DNA from: Marsupella aquatica
Lineage: Eukaryota > Plantae > Marchantiophyta
NCBI GenBank assembly: GCA_973895155.1
Contig: OZ316893.1
Span: forward strand, 6,284,863 to 6,348,862
Length of the DNA stretch: 64,000 nt
Reading direction: 5' to 3'
How positions within the stretch are numbered: position 1 is the stretch's first letter; each line of letters opens with the position of its first letter. Position numbers and translations under genes: made by a program. Under the pieces are notes generated by a model. The model saw only the letters and a list, made by a program, of their open reading frames with translations. It was not told the DNA's origin and made no database searches. This document shows, one piece after another, positions 10,675-20,087 of the stretch.

Positions 10675-12200
10675 GTTGAATGCGAGATCGGATACGCGGT
10701 ATCCCACTTCGCATCCAAAATCAACAACTGCCGAGAGTCTGATGCAAAGAATGAAAAATAGGGAGTTGAATGCGAAATGGGATACGCGGTATCCCACATC
10801 GCATCCAACATCAACAATTGCCTCGAGTCTGATACAAAACACGAAAAATAGGGAATTGAATTCGAAATGGGATACGAGGTATCCCACTTCGCATCCAACA
10901 TCAACAATTGCCTAGTCTGATGCAAAGAACAAAAAATAGAAAGTTGAATGCGAAATGAGATACGGGGTATCCCGGTTCGTATCCAACATCATCCAATGCG
11001 GCTCTTTTTGCAATGATCCTCCGCAAAGGCGCTAAACCCTAAACATCAGGAATTTCTAGTACTCTGCAATAAAAGACCAGAGAGATGTAGTTGAATCCGA
11101 AATGGGATACGCGGTATCCCATTTCATATTCAAAGTCAACAAACAGCCAGGAGGTTCCGATGGAATACTAAAAAGAGGGTGTTGGATGCAAGATGGGATA
11201 CGCGGTATCCCATCTCATATTCAACATTGAAAAGTGTTGTTCCCATTTCGTATTCAAAGTCAACAAACAGCCAAGAGGTTCCGATGGAATACTAAAAAGA
11301 GGGTGTTGGATGCGAGATGGGATACGCGGTATCCCATCTCATATTCAACATTGAAAAGTTCTGTTCCCATTTTGTATTCAAAGTCAACAAACAGCCAAGA
11401 GGTTCCGATGGAATACTAAAAAGAGGGTGTTGGATGCGAGATGGGATACGCGGTGGCCTCATTCACAATTGGAGGACCCAAAAGGAACGTTACACTCAAT
11501 AATGACCATAGTTTATTATGCTTTAGGATATCATTTGTAGGGTGTAATGAGATGATATAGAAAATTTGATGTACTATACTTAATAAACATCATGTAGGTT
11601 GATAACATTCATTAAACTATCTAGCATTTGAGACTTTGAAGCTTTCCTTATATGTCCTTCAAAGATTGATAAAAGGACTTGTCACGCAACGGGTCACATC
11701 ATTTCAGGACTCGAAAGGACTCTAAAAAATGCATTTTAGACAATGAAATTTTATCAAAGCATGCATACTAATAGCATAATCTTATATTTCAAAACTTAAA
11801 TATTGACACACACTAAACCTTTATGTACAGGACAAAAATAATCAGTAATTTTGGCTTATTTAGGGCCATCAATAATAGGATCCCTTAAACAGTTGAAAAC
11901 TTGATTTATCTACATGGTGAGGTAGGTTACACCATGTAAAATAGTCTTGTGAAAAAATTAAACTTAAATGTCTTGAGATAAAATCACGATGAAGCTTTTT
12001 TGATGTTATGAAAGTCATTTTTCACTAAAAAAGCATGTTTTTGAGTCCTAAAAGTGGTTCCTGTGAGGTACACCCAATTGTGAATGAGGCCCGGTATCCC
12101 ATCTCATATTCAACATTGAAAAGTTCTGTTCTTCGAACAGAAGTGCAAAGAATAGAGTTGAATGCAAAGGAGGATATGGCGTATCCCACTCAGGATTCAA
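10675..12200. repeat. Palindrome array B (~9 copies; 90-bp then 124-bp units), split by MITE copy 2
   Basis: Cores near 10697, 10787, 10877, 10965, 11112, 11203, 11327, 11451 (split) and 12180. All lie in a predicted 5'UTR intron 10630-12243 (CAG|GTAAAA ... TTTTACAG). Confidence 0.9.
11455..12091. mobile_element. 637-bp MITE, copy 2, inserted at a palindrome loop
   Basis: Same 18-bp TIR; TSD CGGT at 11451-11454 and 12092-12095. Removal restores GGGATACGCGGTATCCC. Confidence 0.95.
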
Positions 12201-12369
12201 CAATGAAGTGCGCCAAGGAGGGGAGAGTTTCTTGAGGTTTTACCTGGTTTTTTTGTTTTGATTCGAGCAAATACGAAAAGCTATAGAGATGTTGCGGCCC
12301 AAGAAAAACGCAGAGGCAAACGAAGTTGAGAAGGAAAAGAAATGAGCGTGCACTTTCTGACCAGGCACT

Positions 12370-12380
12370 GCTATTTATAC
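12370..12380 (-). promoter_or_regulatory. TATA box (TATAAATAG), likely promoter of the ParB-MTase gene
   Basis: Consensus TATA about 130 bp upstream of the predicted 5'UTR donor at 12243. Confidence 0.5.
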
Positions 12381-12570
12381 TTTATCACCTTTGTATACAC
12401 AGGCGATAAGGTGAATCCAAAAGCGGAGGGTTGGAGTCCGAAGGTTTATTTATACTTTTTTTGCTTGAGAGGACTTGAGAGGCATATCCCCACGTCCCTG
12501 GATTAAACCAAATAGATTTTACGCTTAGCGAATGGGGTTGATGTAAGGGTAGAATCACAAAACTCTTTAT

Positions 12571-13140
12571 TCATCCGGAATTGTGCCAGAAAATAAAGCT
12601 CTCAGCTTCCCCATACATTTCCAAGAGCCTTGCTTGCTGATCTTTCTCAAGATTGTGCCAATCTTCTTGAAATCGATTTAGGTCAGACCTTGAAAATAAA
12701 CCTAAGAAATCGATTGGAGGAAGATTCGGTGTTTCCATCCTAACAAAAGCTTCAATATGAACATTCAGAAGGGGTTTTCCATCGGGAATGATTGTCAGCA
12801 TTTCATTTACTTCCTCAAACTAGCTTCTTGCTAGTCTAAGAATACCCCAGACTCGTGTACAAATTATGAGCTAGTTCCATTTCTTGGAGGTGCATCCAAG
12901 CCACACCATTGTTTTTAATCGCATCAATCTTTCATCAGCTTGGTTCTTGGAGGAATCAAATTCATCCTCTATACAACAAACTTTCAAAATGGGCCAAATG
13001 AACGTTTCAACAATCTCATCAGGAAGTCCATCCAAAAGCAATCCGGATTCCCTTTGGCCACTTTTCTGCTGAATTTGTTTCTTCTCTTTGTCGAATGACA
13101 TTGCTAACCTTGTAAAGACAGGGTTCTCAGTGACGGCCAT
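12571..13140 (-). pseudogene. F-box-like protein with two in-frame stops
   Basis: LLDGLPDEIVETFIWPIL...LGCTSKKWN*LIICTRVWGILRL matches the F-box pattern LP.ei...I...V.k.W..l....lW. Continues in frame into ORF 12571-12801. Confidence 0.6.
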
Positions 13141-13316
13141 TCCAAAATAAGAGTGGATACCTGGAGTAATAAATGAGATGGTGAGCACTTTCTCAGCAAC
13201 CTACAAAACAGTGATAGAAAAACTGATTTTATTTCTTTGATCAAAAGAAAAATATATTCTCAAAAGTTTTGACCCAAGAACATTCACCTGAACACTTACA
13301 CACTAATCAAGAAGAT

Positions 13317-13643
13317 TCAACGCAATAAGTTAACCCAAGGATCTTCGTTCCAAATCCGACAACACAAATATGCTAATCGATGATATTTGTTTCGGGCATC
13401 ACGACAATAATTACAAGAAGAATTAACAGAGTGCAAACAACCACTCAAACATATCCTCGACCGAATCGGAACTCCGTCTTCATTTTTTTCACAAAACTCT
13501 ATTCGGAGTGGATTCAAACTATCATGTGGATCCACGCCTTCCGTCCATAGCGCTCCTAATCCAGGACGGAGAACTTTGAGTGCAACTAATCGCTTATACA
13601 ATCGATGAGCACGTTTCTCAAGGTTTTGATTCTGGACTGCCAT
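13317..13643 (-). CDS. Small Cys-rich hypothetical protein (108 aa)
   Basis: Open from ATG 13643, downstream of the acceptor at 13741. CLSGCLH...CNYC may bind metal. Confidence 0.45.
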   Translation of the reverse strand: MAVQNQNLEKRAHRLYKRLVALKVLRPGLGALWTEGVDPHDSLNPLRIEFCEKNEDGVPIRSRICLSGCLHSVNSSCNYCRDARNKYHRLAYLCCRIWNEDPWVNLLR

Positions 13644-13794
13644 TAGACTCACAAGAGAAAACGTCGTTTTCCCAGGAAAGCAAAAGCTTGAGTCACTGAA
13701 AGGCAGCAAGAGCTTCAGTGCGTGTTTAGTTGAACTTCGCCTGCGAAACAATCAGCAATCCATAAGATTTTTCCCATGCCAAGAAAACTCTAGG

Positions 13795-14278
13795 GAGATA
13801 CCACATGGGATACGCCGTATCCCACTTCGCATCCAACCTCCTTTTTTAGCTAAAGAGAAACCAAATCTGAACATTTGAAGGTTGAATCCCAAACGGGATA
13901 CGCCGTATCCCATTTCGCATTCAACGTTGAGGTTTTGCAATTTGGAGACTATGATACTTATTATTCGGAGGTTGGATGCGATATGGGATACCCCGTATCC
14001 CACTTCGCGTCCAACATCCTTTTTAAACTGAAGAGAAACAAAAACTGGACATTTGAAGGGCAAATCCCAAACTGGATACGCCGTATCCCATTTCACATTC
14101 AACGTTGAGGTTTTGATAGTTGGAGGCTAAGATACTTCATATTCGGAGGTTGGATGCGATATGGGATACCCCGTATCCCACTTCGCATCCAACCTCCTTT
14201 TTCAACTAAACAGAAACAAAAATTGGACATTTGAAGGTTGAATCCCAAAGGGGATACGCCGTATCCCATTTGGGATTC
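13795..14278. repeat. Palindrome array C: 6 cores at ~89-bp period with alternating spacers (178-bp dimer)
   Basis: Cores near 13815, 13903, 13993, 14081, 14171 and 14259. Inside predicted intron 13741-14307 (CAG|GTGAGA ... TTTCGCAG). Confidence 0.95.
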
Positions 14279-14424
14279 GTCCTCGCCATTTGCATGAAGA
14301 TTCTCACCTGTTAGTCAAATCTGATTTTCGGGGAATACGAGTTTGTATAGACGGTGGGCATTCGTCGAGAGGAAGAGGATAGACAGCGAGAAGAAATGAG
14401 CGGAAAATTTTTAAGCGGGGATCT

Positions 14425-14435
14425 CCTATTTATAG
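14425..14435 (-). promoter_or_regulatory. TATA box (CTATAAATAGG)
   Basis: Consensus TATA about 120 bp upstream of the donor at 14307, the same layout as at 12370. Confidence 0.5.
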
Positions 14436-14588
14436 TTTTCTCCCTGACCGTGGTTAGTATTTGACTACAGTTGCAGCGCAGTCGGTTAAATATTACCGTT
14501 GAGAAGAATTATTTGGGAATATTCTTAACGGGTAAAACAATATCGGCACTTTTTTAGCGTTTGTTTTTGTTTTTTTTGGAATTCCACG

Positions 14589-14632
14589 GTTGGATCCGAA
14601 ATGGGATACGCCGTATCCCATCTTCGTATTCA
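14589..14632. repeat. Single copy of the palindrome
   Basis: GGATCCGAAATGGGATACGCCGTATCCCATCTTCGTATTC. Confidence 0.85.
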
Positions 14633-14779
14633 CTTCGATTTTTCCCATTTTTTGAAACCAAAAAACTAGTTTTTAGGGGGAATACTAATTCCGTATCCAG
14701 GACTTTTTTGCCTTAGAAATTTTTTTCGCAGCGGGCAAAATGAGAAGTGTGGTCACACTTCTCGTTTGGTCCGTCACTT

Positions 14780-16030
14780 TGTTGAAGACTGTTTTTAAGA
14801 AGATGTTGATCGACTTGCATGACAATGGGTTTCCCAAGTTTGTCACAACAGGCGATAACCTTGGCAAAAGGTTCCAGCATTTCTTAAAGAAATATAAAGA
14901 GACATTGGCGATGAAACGGGACTCGGGTGCTGGGCTCGCAGACGCTGAGTTGAGACAGGGTCTTACATTAGCAGAGAAGTATGAGAAAATATGCCCCCAT
15001 TTTGAGCGTATGCACGCGATTTATGGGGAGAGAGCAAACATTTCTCCTCCTAGCACAGTCGCTGTTGGTTTGCCTGGCCATCAAGAATTATACATCGATG
15101 TTGGTTCTGACGAAGATGAGGTGTCAGAATCCCAATTCCCATTCCCAGAGGACCCCCGTGACGACCCCATCTACCACAAAGTTGGTAAGGACAAGTCATT
15201 ACGCCTCGGATGACTCTAAGCCCTGCTGATGCAACATTTTTTGAATTTGTGGCATTGCATAGTCTTTATAATCTCCACACCACTACACATAGTTAAATTA
15301 TGCGCTTACTTAGGACATTTTGATGCAGGTGACTCTGAATTTCAGTTTGCCTAGAGTAATACAGACGAGGACCATGACACGAATCGCCCTCCTACTATCG
15401 GAAACAGCTCCGCTGATGAATCGCTGCCTCATCGAGCACCCGAGCCCCAATCCCAGCCTCAATCGAGCATACCCACTGTTGAAGAGCCCACGTCAGCTCC
15501 AACATCTTTCCCGACATCAGGAGCTCCACGTTCTCAAGGTCAAAGCAGAGGTACTTCACAAACTCACCCAACAGTGACACAAGAACTAGGTACTCAACGG
15601 CCATGACAGGGCAAGAGGCCATCATCAACTCAAGGCACATCTAGGCCCAATTTGGCTGAGGTCTGTGTAGAGAAATTAGAAGAGAAGAATGCTTTTAGAA
15701 TTCAAATGATCGATGCAAAGGATAGATGGAGAGCACAAGAATTAGCTGACAGGAAGGAAGCGAGACTAGCAGATGCATTAAGAGAGAAGGTCATTCAAGA
15801 TGCCTAATGTGCACACCTGGACAAAAGAGAACGCCTTCAGCGTAGACAAGAAGACAAGAGGGCTATATAGAACCGAGCTCAAACATCAGCTCGCTATTAT
15901 CAAAGCTCAACAAGCCACTGTGCTGCTCACGGAAGTTCTTAAGCGAAACCTGTCTCCACAACATTTCAGGGAAATGATGAATATTATAGATTCAGGGACT
16001 TCGTATGTCCCTGATTCGGTTAGCCCATAG
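14780..16030 (+). pseudogene. Harbinger Myb/SANT-like DNA-binding protein, 5'-truncated
   Basis: KKYKETLAMKRDSGAGL...EKICPHFERMHAIYGERANISPP is typical of Harbinger ORF2. Intron ~15185-15328; low-complexity and coiled-coil tail with a frameshift. Confidence 0.75.
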
Positions 16031-16640
16031 GTGAAGCTAGCACGTTAAAACACGAGTTGCGTATATGTATTGTGTGCCTTGCACACACATTTTGCCCAAT
16101 AAAAATGTTCATGCTTTGGTTATTAATGTCCGTTGTGTTCTGTATTTGTCTCCATGTTGTAGTAGGCAGAATCAATTATTGGGTGTTACAGGGAGTTTTA
16201 TCCATGAGCCTAGCTGGTAATGCGTAACCCCCTAAACACGAGTACAGAGTGCATCAAATTTACAAGTCTCATATGCCATTCCTCCACAAAATCATGGACG
16301 ATACCCAACCCGCAAACTTCAAGTCCAGGAACACTGAAAACCATTTCATTATGCTAGTGGCACAAACGCCATCGGGTACAACGCAAAAAAGCGCAACTGC
16401 CTACACTGCAAGATGGTGCAGAACCTCACTGAAAACACTGCGAAGCAAAAAGTAAGGACTGTCGGCCCAAAATGTCCAGCCATAATGTCCAATTCAAATG
16501 GACACCTATGATTCTATCGAGGTGCAACACTACGCCCTCCAAATACCAAACTTAGCTTTCGGCCTGTTCCGAATGGAGAGTCAGGAACTCGATCCACAAA
16601 CCTCTATGCCACTAAGTATGCACACCGACTACTACTCGCA

Positions 16641-17030
16641 CTAGGTAGCTTGAGTCGGTAATGCAAGATTGACTCCCTCGCAAAGTGGCACAGATGACAC
16701 CTCTATGCTTTCCATGTCCCTAGTTGGAGGTGTTGCTGTTGTGACACAGTTGCTTGCGCCCTCATCAAAGTCTGCAACATTTATCATTGGGAGATCAGGG
16801 ATGGGGATCTGCCAATAAGGCACCCAATCTTCCCTCCCAAAAATTACTGCCTCGGAGTACATTAGGGCTCGCCTCGCCTCAACTTCCAGGACTTGCACAC
16901 CTGGCCAAGCAGCATCAAAATTGTCGATCCAACCAAACAGCCTCTGGAACGAAGCACGTACGAGGCCCCTCTGGCCAGCTCGGAAATGCCCTAATTGCAA
17001 TCCACATTGTGGATTCAGTCGAGCCACGCC
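16641..17030 (-). pseudogene. Unidentified cargo ORF inside the Harbinger
   Basis: 128-aa ORF next to a MITE insertion; no motif recognised. Confidence 0.3.
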
Positions 17031-17044
17031 CTACAAGCCACAGC

Positions 17045-17350
17045 CCCAGGGTCCTCACTTCTTTTCTTCCGACCCATCACGCGCGAATAAGTATAGGGTT
17101 TATTATTGGGTTTAGTGAAATACTTTTTAATTTTTGTTGAAGAACATTAGGGTTATTTTAATCCAATTTTGAGAATTATAAGAATCGTAGGGTTTTTTAA
17201 AATCAAATATGGGAATATTCTTGGAATATTCCATTAAGTTAGGGGTAAAAGAATTCCTAAAAAAAACTTTATTGACTTAACTTTTAGGGTGTTTATTCCC
17301 CCAAAACTTTGAGCGTGATATGGGACACCCCTTGGATTGAGGCCCCCGAG
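17045..17350. mobile_element. 306-bp MITE with an 8-bp TSD
   Basis: TSD GCCACAGC at 17037-17044 and 17351-17358. Imperfect 13-bp TIR CCCAGGGTCCTCA / TGAGGCCCCCGAG. Homologous to 57298-57600. Confidence 0.85.
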
Positions 17351-17670
17351 GCCACAGCCGAGAGTTCTCCATTGTCGAGACTTTTGTCAAAGCTTTGCCT
17401 ACTTCACAAACTGCAAATAAAAATGTAAATATGTAGACCCTAAACAGAACGTAGAGTCATTTACCCAAAGCATGGCGGTAGCTGGGCTCACATGAATTGC
17501 AAATGCCCACTGCCCCGACCTTACGTAGTCGGTACCATGTACACGTACCGATGCAAAGCCCATTAAGTGTCAAAGCACCGGATTGCAAACTGTCACAAGT
17601 CGCACATGACTACCTCTGCGAAGTGACCATCTTCATGTCACTGACTCAAGGCTGGTCCATAAAAATTGTC

Positions 17671-19171
17671 CTAGGCCCTATTAAATTGTAGGGCATAATC
17701 CATGACCTGCAATAGAAGGGCATTTCCGGCTTGTGATGTTTCCCACCTTGATGCCCTCTGTTGACCTTCATACTCAGTTTGGTCAGCGGCCACCGATGAG
17801 TCCTGGTTCTCCAGCTGGTCTTCTTCGGTCCACTCATAATTCTCATTGATAACATAGTTGTGAAGCTTACAACAAAGGCTAATCCATCTCACCATCCAAA
17901 CCGAATCTTTTTTTTCATTCAGCTGCACCCTCACCTCTTTCAGTGAATGCCAACGTGACTTCAGGACTCCAATACAATGCTCATTTGTGACACGACATTT
18001 AGCCACACAAGTATTGAAGTCCTCCCTGTTGTCTGAAATATCTGCACGTTTGAAGGAACATACTAAATGGGGACAAACTTGATAGCCAGAGTCGCCCAAT
18101 AAGTACTGCCCTTCCTGGAACAATACATTTACACCCACTTGATTACAATAGGCCCACAATGGAGACCTCCTTAGGCTTGTCAGGTCACCACACGACCCTG
18201 GCATTCCTGAAGGCATTCAAACAGAATGGTCAGGGAGTCCTCACATTCACAGTTCGCATCACAATGTACATTTAAATTGGAGTATGGCAACATAAATTAA
18301 ATTACCTGAGAACATGAACAAAATCTTCCGCCTGTGGTCACACACAACCTGAGTGTTTATAGAGTAGCGACTCTTTCTATCATAATAGCATTCTCCATCT
18401 TGCTTTGGCCACTGTGTCAATGGCATGAGGGACCCATCAATGAGCCCTACACATCATGGGAAGCCATGAGATGCAAAAGCTTCTGAAATTTGTGCTCTCT
18501 CACTGATGTCTGGCCAAGTAATTTGGTCAGACAACACTACCTCTAGGGCAACAAAACAACGCTTGCTAAAATTCACTAGAGAGCCACAACTAACTCCCCA
18601 AGTAGGAATCAAATGGTTTATACAGGCCCCATTACCATCATGACCTAGCTAGTATGTCAAGACATACTGCTAACTGGGTAATGATGGGGGCTTGCCCATA
18701 GTTGGAATGGTTCTCAAAAATGGGATGAGATTCAATCTTATCTACCAGGCCAAAGAAAGTGTGCTTGTCCATTCTGGTAAGTTGTCTGAAAAGTGTAACA
18801 GGCAAGTTGTGGAAGTATTGGGTGACAAAGTCATCTGACTTACTAGTCACATGCCTTGAGACAAAGAACCTCGTGTTGTACAACAAAAAGTATAGTTCAA
18901 ATAGTGAAGTAGGAACTTTGTTCTCCTCAACAAGGTCTGACTTCTGTGAGTTTTCAGACTTCTCTAAGTCTGAAGTAGAGTCCATATGGAATGACGTGTT
19001 CGAGTCTGATAAAATGGCAACATTGCCCTGATCCTTTGCCTCCAAGTAACCCACTGATAGGTCAAGTGAGTCTGCATCAGATGAAGAGTCAGAGGACTCC
19101 AAAGCAATGTATAGTTGAAGTTCATGCCTGGCTTCCCTCAACTGTTTCTGGCGCTGTGAAACACGAGGCAT
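17671..19171 (-). pseudogene. PIF/Harbinger (DDE_Tnp_4, HARBI1-like) transposase, disrupted
   Basis: FRQLTRMDKHTFFGLV; CVGLIDGSLMPL...YYDRKSRYSINTQVVCD; PGSCGD...YLLGDSGY...RVTNEHCIGVLKSRW...LHNY. Intron ~18207-18305; frameshift near 18645 and a stop. Confidence 0.92.
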
Positions 19172-19429
19172 GATAAGCGATGTATGGTTCTGGAAAAAGG
19201 TACAAGCCAAAGAAATCCATGTTCAGAGTCACACTAGTACACTCATTGCACAATTCCCATAAATACAAAGTCAACTTCAATATACAGAAGGCGAATTCAT
19301 AAAATAGACATTTACAGTAGAAAAATGAAAAATCCTATGCCAAGAGATGACAAAATACTGGCAAAGGTATGCATTACTCAGTTACAAACCCAACAGTATC
19401 TGTGAATACATATCACAGTCATAAGGACC

Positions 19430-20087
19430 CTAGTCTATAAGGTCAGTGTCCTGAAGAGCCAGTATCAAATCAGCCAGAATTTTTTTGGCACTCTTTGGCT
19501 TTGTGGGTGTGCCTTCGACTTGTACAGCCTGTTTGATTGGTGTACTCTGGCTTGGAGAATTTGCTACAGTACTGCTACGTAAATGTAGGGAAGGATTACT
19601 TGTACCAGCTAAGTCCATAAATGCCAGGCGATCGATGTGTAGCTCCAGGTCTTTCACAGAAAGCCAGACACGCAATTTGTGACATTTCTGCATGATGTTT
19701 TGAACAGTGACTAATTGCTCATTCTCATCTAAAAGGCTGAACGCCCTTGGCTGCAAATTGAGGAGCACAAATGCCTGATCCTAGATGAGAGCTTTGAGTG
19801 GGGGTGTGCCACCATTCACAACAAATGAGTTGGAATCGATACTTGGGCTCTCCAGGGGTGGAATGCCCACATTTCCGACCAAACTCCAGAGACTTCTTAC
19901 AAAGAACGCCTGGCTCGAGGGGCTCAGTACATGCAGAGTAGGTAAAACGCCTTGGAAAATGATTTCTGGCGACGTAGTTCCCTGCCCAGACTAGAGAGGG
20001 TGGGAAGGACTCAATTTTTCCAGCCAGTCTAGCATCCTCCACAACCGCAAGGGGTGTCCAGTCCCCCATGGCCTGGAATGCCACCAA
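19430..20087 (-). pseudogene. RPA1 C-terminal OB-fold/zinc-ribbon-like protein (frameshifted)
   Basis: FTYSACTEPLEPGVLCKKSL...CGH...PKYRFQL resembles Rep_fac-A_C (Y.AC...CkK...C...yRy.l). Continues in ORF 19430-19768. Confidence 0.55.

Noticed and set aside
2936-14278. CRISPR array interpretation of the palindrome-spacer arrays
   Set aside because: Spacers within an array are near-identical or alternate rather than unique, no cas genes are present, and the context is eukaryotic and intronic.
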